A DNA stretch of 64,000 bases, taken from positions 171,214 through 235,213 of the forward strand of contig JBEKCB010000003.1 of assembly GCA_050015075.1 (NCBI GenBank), given 5' to 3'. The notes under the pieces are model-generated. The model did no database searches, had not been told where the DNA came from, and saw only the letters and a program-made list of their open reading frames with translations. The position numbers and the translations under genes were made by a program. Numbering within the stretch: position 1 is the stretch's first letter; each line of letters begins with the position of its first letter. Origin of the DNA: Candidatus Brocadiia bacterium. Its GTDB lineage: Bacteria; Planctomycetota; Brocadiia; CAIUPP01. Shown in pieces: positions 9,101 through 17,990 of the stretch.

Positions 9101-10263
9101 GGCGTGGCTCCATGCTCGGCGCGAAGCAGGACCGCCTCGTACTCGGCGGCGATTTTATCCCATGAGAAATCCGCGGCTCGCGACAGCGCGTTGCGGCTCA
9201 TGGAACGCCAGGTCTCCGCGTCGCCGAGGAGGCGCGCGGCGGCGCGCGCGAGCGCGTCCGGGGCTTTCGGCGGGACCAGGATTCCCTCGCGGCCGTCGGT
9301 GATCGTCTCGCGGATTCCCGGCACGTCGGAGGCCACGCACGGCAGGCCGGCGGCGAGCGCTTCGAGGATCACGTTCGAGTGCCCCTCGGCGTACGACGGC
9401 AGCAGCAGCAGCGAGGCGGACTGATAGGCGGCCGGCAGCGCAGCCGGATCGAGCCAGCCGAGGAACCGCACCTCCGAGTTCGATCCGGCGGCGCGCAGAG
9501 CCGCGGCCTGCGCCTCGAGCGCCGCCCGCGACGGTCCGTCGCCGATGATCGTCAGCCGCGCCGGCCGGCCGAGCGCCCGCTCCAGCGCCGGCAACGCCGC
9601 AATCGCGTCCTGCACGCCCTTGAATTCCTGCAGCCGCCCGACGAAGAGCAGTTCCATCCTGTCCGGCGGCACGGAGCGCTCCCTGGGCGGCTTGAACCGC
9701 TCGGTGTCCACGCCGTTCGGAATGACCTCGATGCGCGCCTCCGGAAGGACGGCCAGCGCCGCGAGCCGGAGCGCATCGCTGACGGCGATCAGTCCGGCCG
9801 CGTCGCGATACATCCGGCGCAGCAGCGGCCGCGTCAGCGCGTGCAGCCGCTGATGGGCGGCCAGCTCCGGCCGCGGCACGTCCGATCCGCGCAACGAGAG
9901 AACGTACGGGATGCCGCGCCGGCGCCACAGCCGCCACGCCGCCGGCCCGCCCGGAATCCCGAAGAACGCGCAGACGACCGTCGGCTTCATCTCGTCCGCC
10001 AGCCGCCGCGCCGCCGGGATGCTCCTGCGCATGAACGAGAGCAGCTCGACCGGCGTGCATTGATCCGGCTTCTTCCGCCGCACGCGGAGGCGATGGATCG
10101 CGACGCCGTCGCTCTGTTCCCGCTCCGGCAGCCCAGGGAAAAGCGAGGAGAGAATGGCGACCGAATGGCCCCGGAGCGCCAGGCGGCGCGCGATTTGCAG
10201 CGCCGCACGCCCGCCTCCGCCGCCGATCGGGGGAAGCTCGTAGCTGATGAAGAGGACCCTCAT
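9088..10263 (-). CDS. Glycosyltransferase family 4
   Basis: MRVLFISYELPPIGGGG, VIPNGVD, LFVGRLQEFKG, PSYAEGHSNVILEALAAGLPCVASDVPG; start at 10263. Confidence 0.92.
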   Translation of the reverse strand: MRVLFISYELPPIGGGGGRAALQIARRLALRGHSVAILSSLFPGLPEREQSDGVAIHRLRVRRKKPDQCTPVELLSFMRRSIPAARRLADEMKPTVVCAFFGIPGGPAAWRLWRRRGIPYVLSLRGSDVPRPELAAHQRLHALTRPLLRRMYRDAAGLIAVSDALRLAALAVLPEARIEVIPNGVDTERFKPPRERSVPPDRMELLFVGRLQEFKGVQDAIAALPALERALGRPARLTIIGDGPSRAALEAQAAALRAAGSNSEVRFLGWLDPAALPAAYQSASLLLLPSYAEGHSNVILEALAAGLPCVASDVPGIRETITDGREGILVPPKAPDALARAAARLLGDAETWRSMSRNALSRAADFSWDKIAAEYEAVLLRAEHGATPCAT

Positions 10264-11243
10264 GCGCCGCGGACGCCCTCGCCGGAATGCCCCGGAGCCG
10301 AGCCGCCGCTGAACCGCTCGCGCACGACGTACGTCGGTTTCTCGTGCAGCTCGTAGTAAGTCCGGATCGTGATCTCGCCGAGCAGCCCGATGCAGATGAA
10401 CTGGAACCCGACCAGCACGCAGAGCCCCGAGAGGATGAAGAACGGGTTGCCCGTGATATTGTAGCCGGCGAAGTACTTCATGAGGACCGTCAGCGCCAGG
10501 AAGAGGAAGCCGACGAGAAATGAGGCGATGCCGACCTTGCCGAAGACCTGGATCGGCCGCGTGGAATAGCTGACGAGGAACTTGACGTTGATCAGGTCGA
10601 GGATGACCGGGACCACGCGCTCGAGGCCGTACTTGCTCTTGCCGGCGACGCGCGCGCGGTGGCGCACGGGGACCTCGGCGACGCGGACGCCCATCCACGC
10701 CGAGAGCGCGGGAATGAAGCGGTGCATCTCGCCGTAAAGGCGGAGGCCGCGGAGCACCTCGCGGCGGTAGGCCTTCAGGGAGCAGCCGTAGTCGTGCAGG
10801 CGCACGTTGGTAATCTTGCTGATCAGCCGGTTGCCGACCCAGCTCGGGAGGCGGCGCGTCAGCCAGGCGTCCTTGCGGTCCTTGCGCCAGCCGCTGACCA
10901 CGTCGTAGCCTTCGTCAATCTTCGCGAGCAGCAGCGGGATTTCGCGGGGGTCGTTCTGCAGATCGCCGTCCATCGGGCAGATCACGTCGCCGGTGGCGAT
11001 GTCGAAGCCGGCCGAGAGCGCCGCCGTCTGCCCGAAATTCCGGCGCAGCCGAAGCACCGTCACGCGCGGATCGCCCGCGCACGCCTGGACGAGCCGCTGG
11101 TAGGTGTCGTCGGTCGAGCCGTCATCCACGAAGATCATCTCGGCGATGCGCTTCTCGGCGTCCGCGAACTCGCGAAGCTCGCGGCAGAGCGGCTCGACGT
11201 TCATCGCTTCGTTATGGAGCGGCACGACGATGCTGACTTTCAT
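10260..11243 (-). CDS. Glycosyltransferase family 2 (polyprenol-phosphate glycosyltransferase, ArnC/GtrB-like)
   Basis: SIVVPLHNE, VDDGSTD, RNFGQTAAL, MDGDLQNDP, LHDYGCSLKAYR, MHRFIP, two C-terminal TM helices. Confidence 0.93.
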   Translation of the reverse strand: MKVSIVVPLHNEAMNVEPLCRELREFADAEKRIAEMIFVDDGSTDDTYQRLVQACAGDPRVTVLRLRRNFGQTAALSAGFDIATGDVICPMDGDLQNDPREIPLLLAKIDEGYDVVSGWRKDRKDAWLTRRLPSWVGNRLISKITNVRLHDYGCSLKAYRREVLRGLRLYGEMHRFIPALSAWMGVRVAEVPVRHRARVAGKSKYGLERVVPVILDLINVKFLVSYSTRPIQVFGKVGIASFLVGFLFLALTVLMKYFAGYNITGNPFFILSGLCVLVGFQFICIGLLGEITIRTYYELHEKPTYVVRERFSGGSAPGHSGEGVRGA

Positions 11244-11382
11244 GGGCATTATTCTAATCGCAATCGGCGCGGGAATCCACTGCTCTTCCAGGGGCTTTTG
11301 TTGACAATCGCCGGATGCTTTGGGATATTGAGCGCGGCGAGGAACGTTCAACAAAATCAATTATGGGCTATGCGACGCCGCC

Positions 11383-12498
11383 ATGCGCAAGGAAGCAACA
11401 TATGCAGCCGCGACCAAAAAAGCGGCTCGTCTGATTGTAAAAGAAAAGAAGACGGAAGCAAGAGCTGTCCTCCAAGATGCTCTAGGACGAGCGGTCGCGG
11501 CGAAGCAGGAAGGATATGCCTTATTCTTCCAAGGTGAATTGGCGTTCTTGGATGGTGAGCCGCTCAAAGGCTTCGAACTTGAGAAGCGGGCAAGAGAGCT
11601 TAAGCCAAGGTCACTTACAATTCTGCGAACTTTAGGGCTAAAAAGCTTAGCTCTCGGCAGGCTCGCAGAAGCCATTGAACGGTTCGATGAGATACTGGCT
11701 ATTAGGCCTAGAGATGCATGGGCACGGCTTTGCCGCTCGAGTGCCCAACTTAGCATTACCATTGCTGGCTTGAAAACGCACTTCGATGAGATCAGTGCCG
11801 CGCGCGAAAAGGAGGAGCAAAGGATAAAGCTGGATGCGTGGCGGTCGCTTTCGGCCAGGGCCGCACACCGAATCGGAAATCAACTTTTCGCCTCCATGGG
11901 CGCTTTGCGGACGCTCTCAAAGCTGGACGTCCCCGAAGCACGAGAGGCTGTTGAAGATCTTTCGGGCAACGTAGATAGAATACGAAGGATCGTGCAGGAG
12001 TTTCAGCGTTTCAGCGCAAATGAGGCGCCCAGGTTACTACCAGCTGACATTGCGGTCCTCGTCAGCGATGTCGTACGACGTCACACGGACTTGAAACCGA
12101 ACATTGCGCTCTCCTCGCAGGTTCAGGGACCATTTATTTGCGAAATCGACCGCATCCAGTTCGAGCAGGCGCTGGGAGAGCTGCTTGAGAATGCAATGTT
12201 TCACACTAAGCCTGGCGGGGAAATCACTGTCCGTGTCGAGCCGGTTGAAGCGCCGAACGCGCAGAATGTTCGAATCATCATCCAAGACACAGGCGCCGGG
12301 ATACCGCCGCAATCGAAGGAGCGCATATTCCAGGCCTTTTACAGCACCAAGCCGGGCGGCAGCGGTCTCGGGCTTGCCATCGTCCGCCAGATTGTGGAAA
12401 ATCACAAAGGAACGATTCGAGAGACAGGACAGGAAGGGGCAGGCGCGCGTTTCGAGATCGTCCTGCCCGTGAAGGCACGCGAGGAGAGCCGCCAATGA
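11383..12498 (+). CDS. Cytoplasmic histidine kinase with N-terminal TPR repeats
   Basis: TPR-like helices (LGRLAEAIERFDEILAIRP), H-box AHRIGNQL, N-box ELLENA, G1 QDTGAGIP, F-box IFQAFYSTK, G2 GSGLGLAIV; no TM segment. Confidence 0.92.
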   Translation: MRKEATYAAATKKAARLIVKEKKTEARAVLQDALGRAVAAKQEGYALFFQGELAFLDGEPLKGFELEKRARELKPRSLTILRTLGLKSLALGRLAEAIERFDEILAIRPRDAWARLCRSSAQLSITIAGLKTHFDEISAAREKEEQRIKLDAWRSLSARAAHRIGNQLFASMGALRTLSKLDVPEAREAVEDLSGNVDRIRRIVQEFQRFSANEAPRLLPADIAVLVSDVVRRHTDLKPNIALSSQVQGPFICEIDRIQFEQALGELLENAMFHTKPGGEITVRVEPVEAPNAQNVRIIIQDTGAGIPPQSKERIFQAFYSTKPGGSGLGLAIVRQIVENHKGTIRETGQEGAGARFEIVLPVKAREESRQ

Positions 12499-13115
12499 AA
12501 GTACTAGCGATTGACGATCAGGCCGAGGCGCTCAAGCAAATCGAGAAGGCCCTTTCCGGCGCCAAAGGTCCCGACGACATGCCGTATGAAGTCATGGCGC
12601 TGGCGGACCACCACGCGGCGCTGGAACTCCTGACGAGAGAACATTTTGACGTCATCGTCACCGACATGGTTATGGGCAACCAGGAGAAGGAAGGGCTGGA
12701 GATTCTTCGCGAAATGACGGGCAAGTCGCCGATAACTATTGTCCTGACTGCCTATCCTTCAATTCCGAATTGTGTCGCTGCGATGCGCGCGGGCGCATGG
12801 GACTATCTTGAGAAGACGCCTGCAGATGGGAGTGATCCATATGAGATCCTGTTGAATTCTGTGAGCCAAGCATGCCGAGAGCGGCTGGCAAGGCCTGAGG
12901 CCGGCCGCGTGAACCCGGACGCTACATGGGTTAAAGACCACTATGAAGAACTGACGGCAAAGTATGCCGGAAAGATCGTTGCGGTTCTCGATGGGAAGGT
13001 GGTTGACGAGGACGAGAACTACGGAAAGCTGGCGGAACGCGTCAAGCGCGATTACCCTGTTGCCGTGCCTACGCTAGTCTTGGTGCCGGACACAAAGGTG
13101 GATGCAATCGATTGA
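12495..13115 (+). CDS. Response regulator: receiver domain plus C-terminal DUF5678-like domain
   Basis: KVLAIDD, DVIVTDMVM, IVLTAY, GAWDYLEK; C-terminus WVKDHYEELTAKYAGKIVAVLDGKVV matches the DUF5678 pattern; ATGA overlap with the kinase. Confidence 0.85.
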   Translation: MKVLAIDDQAEALKQIEKALSGAKGPDDMPYEVMALADHHAALELLTREHFDVIVTDMVMGNQEKEGLEILREMTGKSPITIVLTAYPSIPNCVAAMRAGAWDYLEKTPADGSDPYEILLNSVSQACRERLARPEAGRVNPDATWVKDHYEELTAKYAGKIVAVLDGKVVDEDENYGKLAERVKRDYPVAVPTLVLVPDTKVDAID

Positions 13116-13537
13116 ACAACTTCTGCAACGGCCACAACTACGTTCTTGCGATAAGGCGCGTTCGCCGTACGCCCGCGTCCGAGATCGTTGTCGAAATGTC
13201 AGGCGCTTCCCCGATTTTCCAGCCTGTGTTCGGGAAGGTTGATACGGGGGCTTACCGAACCGTGCTCAACTTCGATACCGCTAGAGCGCTTGCCATCGCC
13301 GACCCGGAGGCAAATTGCATTCGTCGCGGCACCGCGAAGTCAGCAACAGACGAGCCAATCCCTTATTTCGTCCACAGGGTCTTAGTCCAAATATCAGACA
13401 ACGGTTGGCCACCGATTCTATTCCCGTTAGAGGCTGCGTTCGCAGAAAAGGTGAAGCGGAACCTTTTCGGCATTGACTGGCTGCAGAATCTATGTCTGGC
13501 CTTCGATAGCTCCTCCGTACACTTCCTCCGAGACTAA
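13112..13537 (+). CDS. Retropepsin-like (clan AA) aspartic protease
   Basis: KVDTGAYRTVL catalytic DTG motif and NLFGIDWL (the hhG-D motif); TTGA overlap with the regulator stop. Confidence 0.8.
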   Translation: MNNFCNGHNYVLAIRRVRRTPASEIVVEMSGASPIFQPVFGKVDTGAYRTVLNFDTARALAIADPEANCIRRGTAKSATDEPIPYFVHRVLVQISDNGWPPILFPLEAAFAEKVKRNLFGIDWLQNLCLAFDSSSVHFLRD

Positions 13538-13811
13538 TCTCATATCGGGCGCGTCAGAGTTGGAGAGCTGACGGAAGCGTCTCCAAATATCTGGCGGCCA
13601 CGGCCGAATCGTATGGTATTCTATTCACAAACCTTCCGCCAGTCCAGAGGCATCCGCGCGGGGCCGGCAACCGCGGGTATAGCGGGGAGACTATGGCGCC
13701 GGCTCCAGTGCATGCCGCGGTTTCAGGCCTTCGATAGCGCGTGAGCCGGGCTTGATCCGGAAAACCCCCACTTAAGCAGGTCCCTCCGTCGGATTCTTCG
13801 GCGGCGCTGCC

Positions 13812-13827
13812 CGGTACGCCTTTTGCT
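13812..13827 (+). promoter_or_regulatory. Putative sigma54 (-24/-12) promoter for the cytochrome c gene
   Basis: cGGtACGccttTTGCt, GG-N10-GC spacing. Confidence 0.55.
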
Positions 13828-13917
13828 CTTCCTGGAATGCGCACTTCAGAACGCCCCTGGCTTCAAGGGCGAAAAACCTTCCCTGTCCAGCCGATGCGCG
13901 AACGCGCGGGAACTCGA

Positions 13918-14508
13918 ATGAGAAAGACGACGATTGCGATGGCGTTTTCGGCCGCGCTGATTTCAGCGCCGGCCTGGGCGGGAATCACCGGCTCGCCGCA
14001 CGACCTCTCCAGCCGGCTGGGCACCGGGCAGGTTTGCCTGCCGTGCCACGCGCCGCACGCGGGATTGAATGCTTCGGCCGGGCCGGTGTGGAACCACGCC
14101 TTGTCGAAGGCGAGCTTTACGCAGTTCGGGGCGCCGCTCAAGTTGACGGGCGACTCGGTGCTCTGCATGGGCTGTCACGACGGGGTGACGGCGGTGGGCG
14201 ATTTCAACGTCGCGAGTCCCGCGGTCCGCGTCAGCCCCGACGTGGCGAACCTGGCGATTCAAAAGCTGCCGGGCGCAAATCCCGCGAACGACCTGGGGAC
14301 CGATTTGTCCGGCATCCACGCGGTCAGCGCGCTCTACGAGGCGACGCGCGCCTCCATGAAACCGATTACGGCCCTGGGCCCGCTGCGTTTGCAGGATGGC
14401 AGGGTCGAATGCACCACCTGCCACGATCCTCACAGCAGCCTGTACGGGAAGTTCCTCAGAATGTCGAACGCGCACAGCGCGATGTGCCTCACGTGCCATG
14501 CCGTTTGA
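13918..14508 (+). CDS. Exported tetraheme cytochrome c (doubled CxxCH type)
   Basis: Signal peptide; CLPCH, CMGCH, CTTCH, CLTCH; GSPHDL and CHDPH motifs. Confidence 0.9.
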   Translation: MRKTTIAMAFSAALISAPAWAGITGSPHDLSSRLGTGQVCLPCHAPHAGLNASAGPVWNHALSKASFTQFGAPLKLTGDSVLCMGCHDGVTAVGDFNVASPAVRVSPDVANLAIQKLPGANPANDLGTDLSGIHAVSALYEATRASMKPITALGPLRLQDGRVECTTCHDPHSSLYGKFLRMSNAHSAMCLTCHAV

Positions 14509-14526
14509 GGCGGCGGCCGCGCCGGA

Positions 14527-15144
14527 TTATGAAATCAAGTGCATCGCCTGCAGGAAACTCTTGCAGGCGGCCGGGGCGAGGATCAGCGTCAGGGCGAGTC
14601 CCGAGACGGCGCCCCAGAGGTGCGCGGCGTGGTTGACGCGCGTCTGCCGGAACCGCGCAGAGTAGTAGCTGTACGCGACGAAAACAATGCCGAAAAGCCA
14701 GGCCGGCATCGGGATCACGCCGAAGATCAATATCGTGTCCTTGGGCGCGTAAAGGATGAAGCTGAAGATCACCGCCGTCACCGCGCCCGAGGCGCCCACG
14801 CAGAAATAATCCGGGTCGTCCCGGTGTTTCACCACGGTCGTGATATCGCTCAGGACGAGCGAGGCGGCGTAGAGCACGAAGAACTGCCAGTGCCCCATCA
14901 GTTGTTCGAGCAGGAACGCGAAGAAGTAAAACGAGAACATGTTGAAGATGAGATGTCCGACGTCGGCGTGGATCAGGCCGCTGGTGAGGAAGGTGTAGTA
15001 GCGGCGCTCGCGGACCAGGCTCCACGGGCTCAGCGCGAAGAACCGGAACAGGTCCGGGTACTGCCACGCGATCAGGCTGGTCACGATGGTGAGGACCAGG
15101 ATGAAGAGCGCGACGGGCGACTGCTGCATAACGCCGCTTTCCAT
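14527..15144 (-). CDS. Rhomboid-family intramembrane serine protease
   Basis: TSGLIHADVGHLIFNM, VGASGA, NHAAHLWGA. Confidence 0.93.
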   Translation of the reverse strand: MESGVMQQSPVALFILVLTIVTSLIAWQYPDLFRFFALSPWSLVRERRYYTFLTSGLIHADVGHLIFNMFSFYFFAFLLEQLMGHWQFFVLYAASLVLSDITTVVKHRDDPDYFCVGASGAVTAVIFSFILYAPKDTILIFGVIPMPAWLFGIVFVAYSYYSARFRQTRVNHAAHLWGAVSGLALTLILAPAACKSFLQAMHLIS

Positions 15145-15238
15145 GGCTGCCTTTCGATGGGCTGTGGAAACACAGCTGGTATCATACCTGTTTTCCGGCG
15201 CCGGCGGTCAGGCCCGCAGGGCGGCGGCGGGCCCGGCA

Positions 15239-15721
15239 TCAGTCACGGCGGGATCGGCTTTGCTTGGCAGGCCTTGTCGCGCCCTCTTCGGAAATCGGGT
15301 CGAGCACATCCAGGAACGGAAAGCGGCGGAAGTCCAAGTCGTGCGTATAGATGGTCTTGACGCCGTTCTCCCGCATCAGAATCGCCGTGTGGGCGTCGAA
15401 TACCAGGTTCCCCGAAATGTCGGGCACTTCGGCGAGGATCTCGGCGACGACCTGGCGGTGACGATCCGTTTCGGCCAGCACTTGGAGGTTAGATGAGGCG
15501 AATAATGCTTCCAGGAACTGCCATGACTGCCCTAAGGTGAAGGGACGCTGCAAGACGCGAGGATGTGTTGTTACGCGCAGGAACTCGTAAGCAATGCCCC
15601 AAGTCACATACCACGCCTTCTGCTGAGCACGCCAGCTTTCGATGAGGCGGCCGCACCTGGCGTTCTCGGGCGCATCCCGGTTGGCGGCATAGATCAGGAT
15701 GTTGGTGTCAACGACGAACAA
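15239..15721 (-). CDS. vapC: PIN-domain toxin (VapC family)
   Basis: VVDTNILIYA, EFLRVTTHPR, GNLVFDAH, TIYTHDLDF. Confidence 0.9.
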   Translation of the reverse strand: MFVVDTNILIYAANRDAPENARCGRLIESWRAQQKAWYVTWGIAYEFLRVTTHPRVLQRPFTLGQSWQFLEALFASSNLQVLAETDRHRQVVAEILAEVPDISGNLVFDAHTAILMRENGVKTIYTHDLDFRRFPFLDVLDPISEEGATRPAKQSRSRRD

Positions 15722-15723
15722 AG

Positions 15724-15957
15724 CTAGCGTTCCATGACTTCATACAGGGCGTCGCGGTCGGCCACATCGACGCGCGCGGCGCCGCCGTGGAACTGGGGGA
15801 GTTTCGGGCGTTGAGCCGTACCCGCGCTCGGCGGTTTTGGAGTGATGAGATCGCGCAGTGCTGCCTCGACCAGCGCAGACATCGTCTGCCCGCGGCGCGC
15901 AGCCTCTCGCTTCAGCGCACGCATCGTCACGTCGCTGATATTCAATGTGGTTTTCAT
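15724..15957 (-). CDS. vapB: Ribbon-helix-helix antitoxin (VapB-like)
   Basis: MKTTLNISD...LKREAARRGQTMSALVEAALR; directly upstream of the PIN gene. Confidence 0.85.
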   Translation of the reverse strand: MKTTLNISDVTMRALKREAARRGQTMSALVEAALRDLITPKPPSAGTAQRPKLPQFHGGAARVDVADRDALYEVMER

Positions 15958-15961
15958 ATGG

Positions 15962-16579
15962 TTAACCATATCTTGCAGGCGGCGGGATGTCAACGCGGTT
16001 GCGCACCCTCGGGCAGGCCCGCAGGGCGGCGGCGAGGGCGGCGGCGGCTCGGCGGGCGGCTTGCTTCACCGGGGCGGAAAGCGGCCGGCCGTATTCGTGC
16101 GATTTCGGCTGAATGCCGAGGATCAGGACTTCGCACGGGAACGATTGCTGGAGATACTGGACGAGGACGTTGACGGGCATGTTGTGGGTCGAGATCGAAC
16201 TGCCGCCGCGCAGGAGGCCGTGTTGAACCAGGGTGATGCTGCCGGGCTTTTTCCGGGCGACGTCGGCGGCGTCGAGGATGACGAGGTGCGTGGGGCGGAA
16301 TTTCTTGATCTCGCCGGTGAGGTTTTCCGGAGCGGTCTCGCCCAGGAAAATGCGGAGCGACTTACGGATGGACGATGGACGATGGACGATGGACAGTGTC
16401 GCGCAAGCGCGACAGGATTGAACGGCTTTTTTGCGCGCTTTCGCCCTGATGCGGCGCAGCTCTTCGGCGGCCTGGAGGCCTGCGGCGTCATCGCCTCTGA
16501 GCGACGAGCCGATGGCGAGGACGGCGACGCGGCGCGCGTCTTTGAGGTTCCGGCGGACGGCGGTCTTCAGCGATTCCAT
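15962..16579 (-). CDS. hycI: Hydrogenase maturation endopeptidase (HycI-like)
   Basis: VLAIGSSLRGDDAAG, GETAPEN, VILDAAD, ISTHNMP, LGIQP; last gene of the hydrogenase operon. Confidence 0.88.
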   Translation of the reverse strand: MESLKTAVRRNLKDARRVAVLAIGSSLRGDDAAGLQAAEELRRIRAKARKKAVQSCRACATLSIVHRPSSIRKSLRIFLGETAPENLTGEIKKFRPTHLVILDAADVARKKPGSITLVQHGLLRGGSSISTHNMPVNVLVQYLQQSFPCEVLILGIQPKSHEYGRPLSAPVKQAARRAAAALAAALRACPRVRNRVDIPPPARYG

Positions 16580-16635
16580 GAGCGGCCCCTGCGCTTTTCC
16601 ACGCGCGAAGCGCAAAATGCTTCACTTCGCGCTCT

Positions 16636-17028
16636 TCACTTTTCAGGCTTCTTCGGCTCCGGCTCGGGACCCGGCGCGGGCTGGATGACGATTCGGAGTT
16701 TGCCGCGGCTGAGCTGCGCCAGCTCGAAGTCGCCCGTCAGCCGCAGCGTGTCCTTGGGACATGAATCCACGCATTGCCCGCAGGCGATGCACTTGGCGAT
16801 GTCAATGTGCGCCTCGAACTTCTTGTCGCCGACCTTGACGATCTCGATCGCGGCGGCCGGGCAGTCGCGCATGCACAGCTTGCAGCCGATGCACTTGGCC
16901 GGGTCGAAGGCCAGCTTGCCGCGGAAGTCCGCCGGCATCGTGACCTTGACGTGCGGATAGCGGACCGTGGCGGGCTTTCTCCCGACCGACCGCAGCACTT
17001 CCTGGAGCATCTTCCCCGCCTTCGTCAT
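16636..17028 (-). CDS. 2x[4Fe-4S] ferredoxin-like hydrogenase subunit (NuoI/HycF-like)
   Basis: PATVRYP, CIGCKLCMRDCP, CIACGQCVDSCP. Confidence 0.92.
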   Translation of the reverse strand: MTKAGKMLQEVLRSVGRKPATVRYPHVKVTMPADFRGKLAFDPAKCIGCKLCMRDCPAAAIEIVKVGDKKFEAHIDIAKCIACGQCVDSCPKDTLRLTGDFELAQLSRGKLRIVIQPAPGPEPEPKKPEK

Positions 17029-17990
17029 GGGCCGACCGGTCCTTTCATCAGTCCTTTCGCCGCCAGGTCAATGAGCAACTGGAGGAACGCGACCGGGGCG
17101 ACGTAGCGCCAGCAGAAGGTGACCATCTGGTCTATGCGCAGCCGCGCGAAGACGCTGCGGAGGAGCGAGATGAGGCAGACGATCGCGAAGACCTTGACCA
17201 GGTACAGCCCGAACCCGACCTCCGGCCCCAGGTTCAGCCCGAACGGCAGGTAGACCGCCGCGAGCAGCGAGCCGCCGACGATCATCTCGACGCTGATCGC
17301 CATCCGGAAGATCGCCAGCAGCTTGCCGCTGTACTCGGTCAGCGTGCCGGCGACGATCTCCGTCTCGGCCTCCGGCGCGTCGAAGGGCACGCGCTCGAGC
17401 TTGCCCAGGAGCGCCAGCAGGCCGACCGCCAGCCCGATGACGTTGAAGAGCATGTGCAGCGGGTGCGCGGCGTAATACTTCGTCAGCTCGCTGAGCGACC
17501 AGGTGTCGGCCAGCAGCGCCGGCGCCAGGATGCTCAGGACGAGCGGGACCTCGTAGGCGAAGAGCTGCGTGATCGCGCGCGCCGCGCCGATCATGGAAAA
17601 GAGCGACCGCGAATACCACCCGCCGAGGAAGAACGCGACGGTCGGGATGCTCAGCAGGTAGAGGACCACGATCGCGTCGCCCTTGAACGCGTAGAGCGCC
17701 GAGGACTTCCAGATGGGGATGTACATCAGCGCGGTGACGACCGAGGTCAGCGCGACGAGCGGCGCGATGGCGAACATGGGCCGGTCCACGAGTTCCGGGA
17801 CGAGGTTCTCCTTGGCCATGAGCTTGATGAAGTCGGCCCAGGGCTGGAACCACGGCGGCCCGACGCGGTTCTGCAGCCGGGCGCAGACCTTGCGGTCCAC
17901 GTATTCCGCGAACAGCGCCATCGTGGCGAGGAAGAGCAAGCCGGGGAAAATCAGGATGTGGAACAGGACGCCGGCCAGGGTGTGCTCCAT
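17025..17990 (-). CDS. Membrane subunit, NuoH/HycD-like
   Basis: DRKVCARLQNRVGPPWFQPWADFIKL, AYEVP, ERVPFDAPEAETEIVAG..TEYSG, ARLRIDQ. Confidence 0.92.
   Translation of the reverse strand: MEHTLAGVLFHILIFPGLLFLATMALFAEYVDRKVCARLQNRVGPPWFQPWADFIKLMAKENLVPELVDRPMFAIAPLVALTSVVTALMYIPIWKSSALYAFKGDAIVVLYLLSIPTVAFFLGGWYSRSLFSMIGAARAITQLFAYEVPLVLSILAPALLADTWSLSELTKYYAAHPLHMLFNVIGLAVGLLALLGKLERVPFDAPEAETEIVAGTLTEYSGKLLAIFRMAISVEMIVGGSLLAAVYLPFGLNLGPEVGFGLYLVKVFAIVCLISLLRSVFARLRIDQMVTFCWRYVAPVAFLQLLIDLAAKGLMKGPVGP

Noticed and set aside
9088-10698. 536-aa version of the GT4 ORF
   Set aside because: The N-terminal 145 aa overlap the GT2 gene in another frame; the family-typical start is MRVLFISYE at 10263.
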